DNA of 64,000 bases, taken from NCBI RefSeq assembly GCF_032854445.1, contig NC_088304.1, forward strand, positions 22,425,513-22,489,512, given 5' to 3'. This DNA is from Liolophura sinensis. Lineage: Eukaryota. Below are positions 22,471 through 36,017 of this stretch, piece by piece. Each line of letters starts with the position of its first letter. Position 1 is the first letter of the stretch. The notes beneath the pieces were generated by a model that worked only from the letters and a program-made list of their open reading frames with translations, did no database searches and was not told the origin of the DNA. Made by a program: the position numbers and the translations under genes.

Positions 22471-23249
22471 CACGAATAGGTAAAACTTATTTTTGAGGTA
22501 GAAAGATTACATTTGGTTGATGAAATAATTTATTGCAGTGTCAGGATTTGGCGTAGTTGCCCGTTCATGTTTTGCAGCATCAACAACGTCCCTAGCAACT
22601 CATTCTTGAGCTGTCAGTGAGTCTCACTGAGACACTGTGTCAAGCAGCCGCCCATAATGATCGGCTTTTAACCACGAGGCGTTCGTATTAAATATCAGAT
22701 TATTTAGGACCCATAACTTGCAATGTACATGTACGGTAAGATGGAAGGTGAATATCATAGTTTCGAATACCTGTGTTCCTGGCAAGGGGCAGTAAGTGAT
22801 AAAGCTAGAACATGGAGTTACATGGGCGAAATACTGATTTTTGCCAATTTCTAAAGTTTAAAGTAGGCTACTGCAAGACACTTAAACTAACATACATGTA
22901 TTTGAAGGCCAGGCACATTCTGATTACTATTGCAGAAAAGATTTCTTACCTAAAAGCTATATTATTCATTTTTTTATGCTAAATTATTTTCAGCGAGAGC
23001 CTGCCGCATCTGGGTTAAGTTTGCATTAATTGCACTGTGTAATTATGAATACTTCTTGACAGGACACACCTTAGGTCTGAGATCAGTTGACCATGTTCTA
23101 AGCTTAGTTTCCACATTATTTTTGTGTAAACAAAGCTGGGAAGAATAAGCCACATTCGGATTTCAGGATGTGTACCGCTACACTCGCCCCAACAGAATGC
23201 CCGCCCTCAAATTAGCACCCAGTTGTGGACAGTGGCCTTTGGTTGATGT

Positions 23250-23436
23250 TTTGTGTCTTACTCAAGAGTATATCACGTATATTACGACAATGGGAGCAAA
23301 CTGAGCAGAGCCCAGAGGAGACCAACTACCATCCGCCGGTTGCTGCAAGACCTTCCCACACACGACCAGACAGGAAGCCAGCATGAGCTGGACTTGAACT
23401 CACAGCAATCACATTGGAGAGAGGCTCTCGGATCTT
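23250..23436 (-). mobile_element. SINE, diverged copy
   Basis: reverse-complement match across the head and core. Confidence 0.65.
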
Positions 23437-24477
23437 AGTGCTGTACTAGAAGGCTGACTACAAGACCACATAGGCCTGCACATGTAACTACATACAAAGT
23501 AATGGCGCCATACTGTTTGAATAGATGTCTGTAATAGTGAGCAGTTCAATATGGTGTTGTATGTAAGCGGAACAGTTACATGTAGATTTAGAATTTGTGT
23601 AGCTTTGTGTAGCAGTTCCTCTCTGGGACTGATTGTGTGTGACATGTGTCATCAGGCATACTTGAAACCTGATGCACAGCAAGGAGATAGGAATGAAACA
23701 CATTGCCAATAAACTCAGTAAATGGCCAGTAAAGGGCTCTTTATATAAAGCTGCAACAAAATTTTACAAAATTTAAATCTTAAAATTAAACGTGACTTAA
23801 AGTGTAAAACATCAAATGTATGGAACACACAACTTCTGTCCCGTGATAAGGCCTGCCATTTTCTGATATGAAGATGGCAGCGTTAAGTAACAATCAAATA
23901 AGTAAATCTATCATGGATAAGGGAACTCGGAGCCTAGATATATGAACAGGTCAGTAAAAATTGTTAAATGTCAAGTGCTACAACCCTGGCCTGATTTCAC
24001 AGCACTGGCACCTGCTTTAATTAGACACACTACCCTAATACTTAGATTTTTTAGGACAGATATTAGTAGTGTTGAAAATAGGATAATTACATTTCTTTAC
24101 CAGCCTAGATAAATAAGTAAAGATACGAGTATATTGTTCATTGTATGGTCTAACCAAGTGAGGAAAAAAGAAACTCAGTATTCATGCTACGATTACATAT
24201 ATATTGGCTAAAATGAGCAGACCAGGTGTCCCAAAAATCAGAAGAAATTGGGTGAGTCTTGCATTAATTGCATGGTTAAATGCATATTCACTGTCGTAGT
24301 TGTACATGATTATTTCCACATGGATTAAGCTACTTACTGTATAAAACAGCACAAAATTTCAGTATTATGCCATTGAGAGTTGTTCATTATGATTTGTTGA
24401 AAACATGCAGTAAATGAAGCCCTGAATGTATTCCTTATATACATTTATGACATCCTGAAATTGACTAATAATGATGA

Positions 24478-24672
24478 GTTGACATAAAGTTGTGTTATAA
24501 ACATTTTTTCATAATGTGTTATAAACATTGTTCATAACATGTTACAAACATTGTTCATAATGTGTTGTAAACATTGATCATAATGTGTTGTAAACATTGT
24601 ACATAATGTGTTGTAAACATTGTTCATAATGTGTTGTAAACATTGATCATAGTGTGTTATAAACATTGATCA
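24478..24672. repeat. 23-bp tandem repeat of about 8 units (CATAATGTGTTGTAAACATTGTT)
   Basis: seen directly. Confidence 0.9.
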
Positions 24673-25689
24673 GCATATGAGCAGCAGGTTAAGTTAGTGG
24701 GAGACGTCCTCAGTGTCTTTGAGACACCCTGTTCTGAAGAAATTAACATGGGAGAGATAGGGAAAAGAAGAGAGAAATGAGATGGCCTGCATGGTTTTCA
24801 ATTATGGCTAAATCTATGCTGAGCAAGCAATATGTTATAGCTCCGAATTTGGGGACCAGCTAGCACACCAGAGGAACAATAAAGATGTAGGGCACCTTGT
24901 TTACTGTTGCCAATGGTAACCCGGCCAAGTGCTCTCAATGGACATAGTAGATATTGATGTTAATGTACACAGCATTTACAAGGTGAAGGACTGTAGGTAT
25001 TGGCATGTCTGCTTTTAGTCATTAAAACATATGTTGTGTGGATTTTGGTTCGCTTTGCAATTAGCCAACAGAAGTATTTATAGTTATTACAGTAGTAGGA
25101 GCCACTTGTATTGGTACTGTGTGTATGAATTATTTTGACATTCTGATACACTATTGTCAGCATTTTGTACCGATCAGTTAATAAATGTAGACGAGTGGTA
25201 TGATAATTAAAGGGTTGCATCGAGTGAGTGTGGATGTGACCCTTGCAGTGCCTCAAGTGGATCAGGTTTAGTACTCTGACGGTTTTAAAACTGGATCATG
25301 TTGCAGTAAATAAGGCCACAACAATTTAACTTTTTGTTTTACTGGCATGATGAATATTTTTTCAGTATCGTCGGAAGGTATAAAAATAAAACCAAAACGG
25401 GGAAAAAAAAAACCATCTAATTGGTTGGAAAAATTGACTGTACGCTGTGCCAGTTGTTCTCGCTGAAAACATATTTACGTGATTGGAAAGCTTTGGTAAA
25501 CGAGATAATCATAAGAACTATTAAAATTGGACAAATAAGTTTTATTTTATCTCATTTTGGGATTTTTTAGTGCTGGCTTACCTGTAAAACATAAAATATA
25601 ACCAATGTCACCTAAATTAATTGATGTAAAATTGTAGGCCCCCATTTGGTGTAAAATGCATATTTTTAATTGGCTGTTGTATACTACCC

Positions 25690-25880
25690 TATTTTCTAAA
25701 ATTTGGGACACATGGTCTGTTCATTTTAGTAAATATATATGTAATTGTAGTAGAAATATTGAGTTTTGTTTTTCTCACATGGTTAGACCATCTAACTCAT
25801 ATCTTTACTTTTCCAAAAGGCTGGTAAAGAAATGTAATATTCTACTTTCAACACTACTAATATCCATCCAAAATTTCAGG
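25690..25880 (+). repeat. Interspersed repeat 'family D', copy 1
   Basis: It shares about 190 bp with 33605-33800 (...AAAATTTGGGACAC...CTTTACTTTTCCAAAAGGCTGGTAAAGAAATGTAATATTC...CAACACTACTAAT). A reverse-complement fragment lies at 24045-24115. Confidence 0.5.
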
Positions 25881-27928
25881 AGAATTAGGGTAACAGCATA
25901 GTTCTAATATATAAGGCTGATACATGTGTGTTGAACCGTGCATGTAGATATTTGACATGCTCATTGAACAAAAATGCAATCATACTCTCAGTTTGTGTAC
26001 TGACATTTTCCTACATGCAGTTGTAAGCCCATATCCAAATACATTGGCAATTTACAGAGTGAGTTCATGTGTATTGTATAAAAACTCTGGCTATGATGGC
26101 ATTGATTAATAAGTACGTGTACATCTATGTTGGAGTCCTAACAACAGCACAGGGATAATTATTTGTTGGTGGACTGGATTAGTAGAGAGTTTACGGTACA
26201 AGTGTTGCACCACATTCCCATCAGCCCGGGTCACATTGTGTATACTCATACAGTGTAAATGTAGTATGGAAGGGAAGTTGCACCATGACAGATCAGCACA
26301 AATTCAGTTTTGACTCGCCCAGTTCTTGAGGGAATTGAGCAATACCCTGTCACACATATAAAGTTAGGCCGGTTGTTTTTCACAAGGCCAAACCTGACTT
26401 AGCCAGCGAACCAGGACATGGGCTTACAGGCAGCTTGAGGAAAATATGATGTGAGAGCTTTTATGGCAGAGGTAGGCTGGTAACTATTTCCTGTTCTTGC
26501 ATGTTCAGGCTTGCCCATTCCAACTTGGCCTTGTAGATTGTAAATGCTGTTCTATTGTAAATATTTTATACGTATAAGCTGTAGGGTTGGAGTGAGGCAG
26601 GTAGCTCAGAGCTTAGAGCGCCTGTGTCAGGTAAACAGGTCAGGTAGGTGTGTCACCTCAGGTGTAGTCACATGTGTAGACCTACCACCAGCAGGTATAC
26701 AGAATGCATGTACCCTATTTCTTCAACCTTTTCAACCACCTCTGCAACGAATATTTTCAAACATTTTGATGGAACTCTGGGGTGTAGACCAATAATTTGC
26801 ACAGTCTTAAGAAGCTTGCATCTTTATTGATCCAAAGATGTCAATTTTGTCATCATTTTTATAATAATTGTATGCATGAATTTGACTGAAAAGAAAAGTG
26901 CTTTAGTGGTTGAATAGGTTGAAGATTTACAGTATTGCATGTATAGACACCTATATAAATGTATTAATGTATACTTGTATATTGTACTTGTACCTGGAAT
27001 ATAGGAGATTTATGCTATATGTTCAGTTTCTGTTTTTATAAGAAATTGTTTTTTTTTTTTTGTTTGGGGAAAAAATTCTGTGAGAATACAAACTGTACAG
27101 AAACAGTGTTGCCAGTCGATTAAGGTACATTGTATGCACAGGTGATTGGTAAAATATATACATGTGGTTGCTATGTCCATGCCTAACGTATAGCTGCTCT
27201 GTTGTATGAATGCATTGTACATGCAGTCAATGCAGCTTCTTGTAGTAAATTGACGTTTCTAGAAATGCGTCAAGTACCGCTGAAAACACACATCAGTAGA
27301 TTTGCGAATGGATTAAGAATGTCTGGAGCTTGTCACAAGTAGCTGGCATGTACGTTTGTATATTTGCGTGGTTGATATGGTTTAGGGGAAACGATAGTGC
27401 TTGTATAATCTTTAACTTGCTACAAACGTGATTTCTCGTGTCTGAGGGATTGAGTGATTATGATTTAGTGTTTGTGTTATTTGTGTAACTTTTTTTCTGT
27501 ATTAAATTAAACATACATAGGAAAACTGGTATTGTGATGGATACGTCTATATGTGTGGTTTCTTAAGTGACAATGTAATGGTGTGTATGCTATGGTAGCA
27601 TCTATCAGTGCACGCATTTGTACACGTATATTTAACCTGTAACTTTTTCTTGTCAAAAAAAATTGTGATTTTAGTAAGCTGCAAAATTTGATATGTCAAT
27701 TGAGGATACATGTATGAGACATGACTCTTTTCAGATTTAGCTATGTACATTTGTAGTTGTCATACTAAAGCTGTGTTATGACAATTACATGTAGTCTCTC
27801 TTTGTTTTATCTAAGTGTCATAAATATTCATATACATGTATTTTCAGGAAGTCAGGTAGCCATTGGAGTCACTTTTGAAGACTAGGCATTTCATCATATA
27901 GGAATTGTTGCCAGGGATATAACTCAAA

Positions 27929-28068
27929 ATGGCCGCCCAGAAGCGAGCATCGGATGAGTCCATCTATCGTATCCCTCCATATTACTACCTCCATGTCCTC
28001 GACCAGAACACGAATGTGACTACCGTCGAGACTGGGCCAAAGACATACATCCGCCAGGATAATGAGAG
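27929..28068 (+). CDS. MVP: Major vault protein (MVP) coding exon 1 ([46 protein letters not shown]).
   Basis: ORF 27929..28168. Close to the human MVP N-terminus ([36 protein letters not shown]). Donor AG|gtacgc. The exon probably starts at acceptor 27848 with an 81-nt 5'UTR. Confidence 0.9.
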
Positions 28069-28427
28069 GTACGCACCATCTTACAAATTCTTCTTCCAGA
28101 CTCCTTATGTACAGTGCATGCGCCATTCTCTAGTTTTGCTTAACATGGTTCATTGGAACCACTATTAAATTTTTTTCACAAATCTTGAACAATACTGGGG
28201 TCACGCTGATGAGGCAGGATATCTTGTCAGAAAACAGAAACACACTTCCACAGCCATTGTTTCTAATATTACTTTATACACATGCTTATCTTTATGTGAA
28301 GCATGCACAAAGTTATTCTTTCCAACACCTGACACAATTTTAATGATGAGCGCTGATTAAATAGTTCCGCAGAAGAAATCGGTGGTGAGGCTAAGCCTAA
28401 ACACGTCCAAATGTGCATTACACAGAC

Positions 28428-28556
28428 TGGAAATGTCAAGCGTTGGCTAGTGTCGAAAAGTCAAGCGTTGGCTAGTGTTGACTCGAAATGTCAAGCGTTG
28501 GCTAGTGTTGACTCGAAATGTCAAGCGTTGGCTTGTGTTGACTCGAAATGTCAAGC
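28428..28556. repeat. 30-bp tandem repeat of about 4 units (GAAATGTCAAGCGTTGGCTAGTGTTGACTC) in MVP intron 1
   Basis: seen directly. Confidence 0.9.
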
Positions 28557-28937
28557 ATAATAACTGATGGCCTGTTACTTAAAACTAATCATTACTTCTG
28601 TATTTCACCTAAAGTGTGGTCACTTTCCGAAACACATAAAGACTTTTGACTCCAATAGTCAAGTTTGTCTGATTAGAAGTTAATCAGGCCTATATATTAA
28701 AGGTCAGAATAAGGCCAAATTTATCGCTTCAAAAAATGCTACAGGTAAGGTGCAGTACAGTACGATTGTTTTACCTGATCAAAACTGATCAATATAGATC
28801 GATGCAACATTTTGCACATTTTGGTCCATGCAGGTTCCCGTCTAAATGCAGTTTGGCCCCAGAAGCGTCTTAGCCATTTTTGTGGAGTAAGCCGAGAAAT
28901 TGTAATGATGTATACATGTACCAAACTTACAAGTCAC

Positions 28938-28965
28938 AATACATGTATATATATATATACATATA

Positions 28966-29030
<65 letters not shown>

Positions 29031-29034
29031 ATAT

Positions 29035-29098
<64 letters not shown>

Positions 29099-29100
29099 GA
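28938..29100. repeat. Compound (TA)n/(GT)n/(CA)n microsatellite in MVP intron 1
   Basis: seen directly. Confidence 0.95.
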
Positions 29101-29337
29101 GGCGTATTTCAAAATTAGACAGCATCTGCATGATTTGTGTGGTATGGGTATGAAGTAATTCTGTATTAGACAGTATATGGATTATTAATTTAATTTGGTC
29201 CAGATGTATTAACTGGTGTGACGTGGTGATGATCAATAATATGAAATATTCTTAAGTATTGGCGTAAAACACCAGTCAGATAAATAAATCCATGTAAATC
29301 ATACTGTACTATGTAGTGTGACATGTATACTTGTCAG

Positions 29338-29533
29338 GGTGGTGTTTGGCCCGGATAAGATGATCACAGTGCCTCCCCGGCACTACTGTGTCATCGAGAA
29401 CCCTGTGGTCAAAGACAAGGAGAACAAGCCAGTGACCGACCCCAGCGGTCAAGCCAAACTCGCTCACGCTGACCAAGAGATCAGGCTTGCCCAGGAGCCC
29501 TTCCCTCTCTACCCTGGCGAGCTTTTGAAATTG
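29338..29533 (+). CDS. MVP: MVP exon 2
   Basis: [23 protein letters not shown]...[16 protein letters not shown]. Acceptor ttgtcag| and donor TTG|gtgagt. Confidence 0.9.
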
Positions 29534-29608
29534 GTGAGTCATTCTGCTTGCTCAGGCTGAAAAGTAGACTTGACAAAAATTTACATGTGGAAGCTGTCTG
29601 TTTGCGTG

Positions 29609-29750
29609 TGGAAGGTCTGCCAACAACCTGCAGATCATCATGGGTTTCCCCCAGGCTCTGCCCAGTTTCCACCCACCATAATGCTGGCTGCCGTCGTATA
29701 AGTGAAATGTTCTTGAGTACGGCGTAAAAACACCAATCAAATCTGTTTGC
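29609..29750 (+). mobile_element. SINE 3' fragment in MVP intron 2
   Basis: core GGAAGGTCTGCCAACAACCTGCAGAT...GTATAAGTGAAATGTTCTTGAGTACGGCG. Confidence 0.75.
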
Positions 29751-30544
29751 ATGTGCAACAATTTGTTAAAGTGAAGATAGAGGAAAGTTAATTGTATTGG
29801 CATTACTTTTATCCGCAGTATTTTAAATCCTATGATTTCTATTAAGAGCGTTTAGAGGTACCTTAAATGACCTAAAAAATTTGGAATACAAAAATGCAAT
29901 ATTAGAGGTCAGTAAATGTCACAAAATATCATTTTTGGTTCTGAAACTTACAATTTTCTAGTAGAATGTCATCCTATGTTCCAAGCAAACCTTAAAACAC
30001 CTTTCTAAAATCAACAGAACTCGGAAAATCAGGAAAAATAGGCAAGATAGTTATGGACGAGATTTATGGTCATTTAGTGCAGGTAGGTGTAGGTTGTAAG
30101 GCCGCATGACGATTCTTATGGATAACAAACTTCCCGGTTCGAGAACAGTATTATCCTTAAGTATCATACCCTGCAATCCATATATGTTTTCTGTATGCAA
30201 GCAGAGCAGTAGGCTACATTAGAGCAATGTACATATGTAATAGTGTATTCAGGGCTGTATGATATTAGTTTCACCTCTCACAATAGCCTTACAAAGGCTT
30301 TAACTTACAGTTTGTGTACATGACATAGGGCTGTTCTTAACAGTGTTTGTTGTCGAGTTTCGTTCACTTCTTTTGTATGGGGTGGGTATCCGTTTTTTTT
30401 TTTGTTGTTTTTTTTTTTGGACTTCCTGTTTTGAGGAGCCTATCCAGATTGTCAGAGTTATCTGTGCCGTCAGGTACCTGTACGTTTTAGTGGTCTGGCT
30501 GCATATGTTTGAAGTCATTTACGGTGATACGTCAGCAAAGCGCA

Positions 30545-30725
30545 AGGATCATGCATAACATCACGCCAGGAAAAATGGGAAACTAGACAAAATATTTTAT
30601 TCCCGAATTATCCTCTGAAACTAACTACAGCAGTTTTAATATGATGGAATGTTTATTACAATTTAGGAAAGCAATGTTTATCCTCATCGCTTAACCCTAC
30701 TTTTAAAACATACAGGCCTTGACAC
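30545..30725 (+). repeat. Interspersed repeat 'family C', copy 2 (MVP intron 2)
   Basis: see 8430-8640. Confidence 0.5.
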
Positions 30726-30989
30726 TGGAGCATATGTAATATAATCAGGCTTGACTCACATGACATAGGGACACCTGATTAACCATGCTGTAGATCAGTG
30801 AATGACTCTGTAGTTAACAAGGTATATCTTTTTGGCAAATACAACTTTTCTTACATGTACATTATCCAAATCAAACCAAGTTAAATTCCGCATTCACCAA
30901 CTGGCACTGAATAAGTTTGAGTAGATTTGTGTGATGTTCACCATCGGACAACAAATGAAGCTAATGATGCAAAGTGCTGGTAGCTGTCA

Positions 30990-31052
30990 TACTAGCATAA
31001 GTGAACTCTTTTTGAGTATGGTGAAAAACTCAAATCAAATAAATAAATAAAT
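30990..31052 (+). mobile_element. SINE tail fragment immediately upstream of the MVP exon 3 acceptor
   Basis: GTGAACTCTTTTTGAGTATGGTGAAAAACTCAAATCAAATAAATAAATAAATC. Confidence 0.55.
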
Positions 31053-31079
31053 CATTTGTTTCTTTTTAGGCTGTGACAC

Positions 31080-31203
31080 CTCTGAAAGTAGTAGTCGCTA
31101 ATGCAGCGCTAAGACTGCGAGCTATTCTAGACTTTGAGGACGAGTCCGGCGAGAAGCGGGTAGCAGGGGATGAGTGGCTGTTTGAAGGACCAGGTACAAA
31201 TAC
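31080..31203 (+). CDS. MVP: MVP exon 3
   Basis: [41 protein letters not shown]. Acceptor tttttag| and donor CAG|gtacaa. Confidence 0.9.
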
Positions 31204-31433
31204 AAAATGATTTTCATTCGTGTAAAGAACATGCTAAGGACAGGTAACCATTTGAATCTTCAGCTTTCATGTGCCTGTCAGTTTCATCATTGGGATTTAC
31301 CTTCTTTTTGACAATGTAAACTTGGATTTTTCGTTTCACTTGAAAAGAGAATTTTTAGAAAAAAATTATTCTCATAAAATCTTGCTTTTGTTAATGAAAC
31401 TTATACATGTATATATGGTATTAATAAGATATC

Positions 31434-31706
31434 GGGGCCTCCATGGCTCAGTTGGTTAGCGCGCTAGCGCAGCGCAATGACCCAGAAGCCTCTCACCAAT
31501 GCGGGCGCTGTGAGTTCAAGTCCAGCTCATGCTGGCTTCCTCTCCGGCCGTACGTGGGAAGGTCTGTTAGCAACCTGCAGATGGTCGTGGGTTTCCCCCG
31601 GGCTGTGCCCGGTTTCCACCCACCATAATGCTGGTCGCCGTCATGTAAGTGAAATATTCTTGAGTACGGCGTAAAACACCAATCAAATAAATAAAATAAA
31701 TAAATA
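31434..31706 (+). mobile_element. SINE, full-length, in MVP intron 3
   Basis: head plus core plus (AAATAAAT)n tail. Confidence 0.85.
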
Positions 31707-31903
31707 AGGTATCATCCTACCATCAAGATAAAACTCGAAACATTTTTCCAAGACCAAAAGAATGTTCAGAATCCATCAAGATCAGTAACTTTGTCATGGA
31801 GAGGAGGAGGGGGTTAGATTTTTTGTTATCATGAGTGCTTGTGGTTAAAACAGAGGTCAGTTTTTTAAAATATTGCTAATTTTGTTTGTCTGATTTTGAT
31901 TAG

Positions 31904-32130
31904 GAACTTACATTCCTCGTAAGGAAGTTATAGTGGAGGAAACGATCAGAGCGACTGTCATCAAGCCTAACCAGGCCATTCGTCTGCGGGCGCGCAAAGA
32001 GTGCGTGGACAGGGAGGGTGACTCCAGGGTGACAGGTGAAGAGTGGCTTGTTAAGAAGACAGGTGCTTACTTACCTGGGGCCTATGAGGAGGTGGTCGAT
32101 GTTGTGAATGCCTATGTGCTCACAGAAAAG
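31904..32130 (+). CDS. MVP: MVP exon 4
   Basis: [50 protein letters not shown]...VLTEK. Donor AAG|gtgaga. Confidence 0.9.
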
Positions 32131-32674
32131 GTGAGAACACACCTGTGGCAGCCACAGGCCATAACACTAATACAAACAGATCTGAGGGTACAGTTTTGTG
32201 GGGAAGTCACAGTTCAGTAATACATCCAAGTTTAGTTTGGAGTGTACACAGGTCTTCAGCCTTAATGACATATCTGGCTGAGGCCCTGTTTTCTGTTAAC
32301 TCTCTGTGGTCAGTTTTCTAATTATAGGTTAAAACTAAACATGATTTTTAACATGGGTAAGTTTATCAAAATTTGATGAATTTGGACGAGGGTGGACAGT
32401 GGTCTGATTTGCTGTTATACATGTATAATAACAATGTATTTTTAACTGTACAAAGTGAATATTTAAGTTAATTCTTATGAAAGCAGCTTCAGTGTTTTAC
32501 TCATTTCTGACATGTGAACATTTTGGCTATAAGTGATAAATTTTTAAAAAAATCAAATCATTTTTAAAGCATTTCAAATGCTCATGAAGTTATGACTACA
32601 GTTCCGGTGGCCAGGCTAGTTGCCTATACATAAATAACATGGAATGCAGGTTCTTGGTGCTTCATGTGTTTCAG

Positions 32675-32800
32675 AAAGCTCTTCACGTTCGAGCTTTACG
32701 GACATTTAAGGATGATTTTGGAACCACGCGAAAGAGTGGAGAGGAATGGCTGATCACATTCAAGGACTCCGAAACCCACATTCCTCAAGTCTATGAAGAG
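32675..32800 (+). CDS. MVP: MVP exon 5
   Basis: KALHVRALRTFKDDFGTTRKSGEEWLITFKDSETHIPQVYEE. Acceptor gtttcag| and donor GAG|gtgaag. Confidence 0.85.
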
Positions 32801-33406
32801 GTGAAGATCAAGGAATTCATGTTTCTATTAAAATTAATTGTGATGTTTATGCTTGAAATTATATGACTGCTGTAGGAATGTAACAACTTGGTATTGTATG
32901 TGTAAGATTCAGACGATATACATGCAATTTCTGCGATTTAGTAGGATTTTGTTATCAATGAGAGAACAGTGCAAGCGAAGTTAAGTGTCTTTTAAGCCAG
33001 AAATAGCACTCTGGTATAGAGATTCTCATTAATGCAGTCAAAAAAATTCAACTTTGAGTAACACCATTATTGGTTATTTGAGGTATTTTAAACCATAGAT
33101 ATATGTTTACTAGTTTTAGAGAGCATCAGACTTTGGTTGAACTTTATGAAGTTTACATGTAAATTCCAATTTAAATACAACTTAAAGCTGTGCTTTGTAT
33201 GTGTGGGTACTGTGTAAAACTACACTCAAATAAATAAAAGAAATAAATAAAGCTGGTTTTTGTAAAACTGGCTTGATATCATGACTTTAGTGTATTAAAA
33301 TGACTATAATATCACCAAAAGCAAAGTCACATGCACTTTCCAGATTAGAACGATAAAATGTCTTTCCAAAAAAGGCAATTCTTCTTATGCCATGTGTGTT
33401 GTGTAG

Positions 33407-33517
33407 GTGGTGGGTGTTGTGAACATCACAACCCTGAGTAACCGTCAGTATTGTGTTATCCTGGACCCCGTGGACGACCTTGGAAGGCCTCAGCTCGGAC
33501 GCAAGAAGCTCGTTAAG
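33407..33517 (+). CDS. MVP: MVP exon 6
   Basis: [37 protein letters not shown]. Donor AAG|gtaacc. Confidence 0.85.
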
Positions 33518-33604
33518 GTAACCGAATGTTCCAACCTTTCATCACATAAAGATAGTTCTAGCATGTGTAATGAGGAAGCCATTAACATGTATGGAAATAT
33601 AATA

Positions 33605-33800
33605 GGAAATAACCTGTTTCTTCTAAAATTTGGGACACCTAGTCTCCTTTTTTTAGCCAGTATGTATGTAATTCGTGCAGGAATACTGAGTTTCTTGTAT
33701 CTCACAAGGTAAGACCATTTAATGAACAACATGCTCATGTCTTTACTTTTCCAAAAGGCTAGTAAAGAAAATGTAATATTCCAATTTCAACACTACTAAT
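33605..33800 (+). repeat. Interspersed repeat 'family D', copy 2 (MVP intron 6)
   Basis: see 25690-25880. Confidence 0.5.
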
Positions 33801-34273
33801 GTCTGTCCCATCTATGCCAATACTGATCTCTGTAGTTGTTCTGTCCTGTTTATTACACTGGCACTTTAATATAGGTCTGTGATTTTATATCATTGGACAT
33901 AAAGTTCCACCCAGATAACTTCTTTATAACATATTTCCGGTTTTCACCTGGACGAAACTAAACAGAAGAGTTTTACATGTATATTGCTGAGAATGGGTTA
34001 AAATACTGATACGGGTACCTTTGAAAATGAGAAATGTTTACCATTGGAAATAAATGAACATGTGAACATTACAGTATTTCTACATTACCATAGAATCATA
34101 TTGAAATGTTTTCAGTATTGATCAGTTTTCTTCCGTCATGTGCACATGTTATGGTTTCTTTTTGAAAGCATGTATTTTCATCTGTTTAAGGGAGAAATAA
34201 AAAAATTTCTTATAACGTAGACTACACGTATTATGGTTTGTTTCTGGAAACTTATATTGTCATCGGTTTTCAG

Positions 34274-34399
34274 GGAGAAACTTCCTTCTTCTTGATGCCT
34301 GGAGAGAAACTGGAGAAGGGCATCCAGAATGTGTTCATATTGGGAGAAGATGAAGGACTGATCATCAAGGCTAACGAGAGCTTCAAGGAAAAGGAATCG
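34274..34399 (+). CDS. MVP: MVP exon 7
   Basis: GETSFFLMPGEKLEKGIQNVFILGEDEGLIIKANESFKEKES. Donor TCG|gtaaga. Confidence 0.85.
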
Positions 34400-34654
34400 G
34401 TAAGAGTTAATCAACACCCCCTTCCCCCCACCCGACCCTCTTTTGTATCAATGATAAAATGGTTAAGAGTTATTCCCCCTTTCCAAGGAAAATCAAAATT
34501 TAATTTTGTACTGTTTGTCTGTCCCAGGGTTCCACCATCCAGCCCTGGATAGCAAAGCATATGAACTCACAAATGCAGAAAATAGTGGTGTATATTGGTA
34601 TCTATTTCACTGTGTGGAGCAAGTTTATATTAACCACTGTTGTCGTTGTTGTAG

Positions 34655-34804
34655 ACAACAGAACGTAAGCCTGGTGACCGCTGGATGATCAGAGGACCTC
34701 AGGAATATGTCCCTCCTGTCGAGGTTGATGTTGTCATGAAGAGAACTGCCATTCCATTGGACGAGAACGAGGGAATTTACATCAGAAATATCAAGAATGG
34801 AAAG
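34655..34804 (+). CDS. MVP: MVP exon 8
   Basis: [50 protein letters not shown]. Acceptor gttgtag| and donor AAG|gtgagg. Confidence 0.85.
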
Positions 34805-35775
34805 GTGAGGTTTTAGAGCTTACATGTAGATACCAGCAATACCATAGGTTCTGCCATGATGTTTTAGGAAATATGATTAAAAACAAAATCCCATTTAAAA
34901 TTCAAAAGTTTTCAAAAAAAAAAAATACCTTCATTTTAAAGACGTTTTTTCACTGAATAATGTGGAGTCAAATGTATGAACCATTTCAAGGGTTTAATAG
35001 TTCACCAGGATAAAACTAAAAAATCTTGTTGGCTTCTTTTCATATATGATAATGTATACCCAGGCAAGCAAAACAGCTTTTCTGACATCAAATTCTGTGC
35101 TTCATGGTGAAAAAAATATCATGATGACCTGATTCATTGTTATTAACTTTTGATCGATATGGTAGAGCATCCTGGTATATTGATATATATGTGTATGTAT
35201 GGCTAAGTTTATGTGATATAGAATTAAGTTAAATGTATTTCTAAGTGTTTATGGTTTGGATGGGTATTTCCCATTTGTGCTTTATACTTTAATGTCAAAT
35301 GTCCATTATGCCATAGACTGTTTCATAGTTAGCAGGGCAGTCACGTATTGGGTATCATATTTGTTTTGTTGTACATTGGCATTGAATTTTGATCAATTCA
35401 GTGTCAGCAGCCTGTGCTATGTCAATTGAGAGGCATAGCTTCTGCAGCATATTTATGCTGTAAGCAGGATGCCATCCCTGATGCATGTTGTAGAAACTGA
35501 AAGAGGACAGCTAGGCTAAAGCTAGGCATACATACAAGGTTAAGATCCAGCTATGATGTGAATGCTGGTTTAGTCTTTAAGCTGTATGGCCATCGACAGC
35601 TGAGAACAACTTCTGATGTGTTGAGTTAAGTCGCGTCTTAAGCTGTCATGCCTGCTGAGCTTAAGACATCATCTGGAAAATATCAGTATTTTGAAGCACG
35701 GTTTTGTTTTGCGGAATCATAATCAGCACTTTGTCTTACCATTGACTTATTTTAGATTGAAATCTATTGATTTAG

Positions 35776-36017
35776 GTCCGAGCTATTACCGGCGAAACCT
35801 ACATGCTCAACCAGGATGAGGAATTGTGGGAAAAAGATCTGCCACCTGTCGTAGAAAACCTCTTGATGCAAGGTCGCGACCCTGTAGCGGACAGGAGTGA
35901 TAGAAAACCGCAGCAGCAGGAAGGTACCATGAAACGCGACAAGACCAGGGTCGTGACCTTCAGGGTGCCTCACAATGCTGCTGTACAGATTTATGATTAC
36001 AAGGCAAAGAAAGCCAG
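35776..36017 (+). CDS. MVP: MVP exon 9
   Basis: [24 protein letters not shown]...[18 protein letters not shown]. Donor AG|gtacgt. Confidence 0.9.

Noticed and set aside
28812-29236. ORFs rich in IYIYIY and CVCV
   Set aside because: They are translations of the (TA)n/(GT)n microsatellite.
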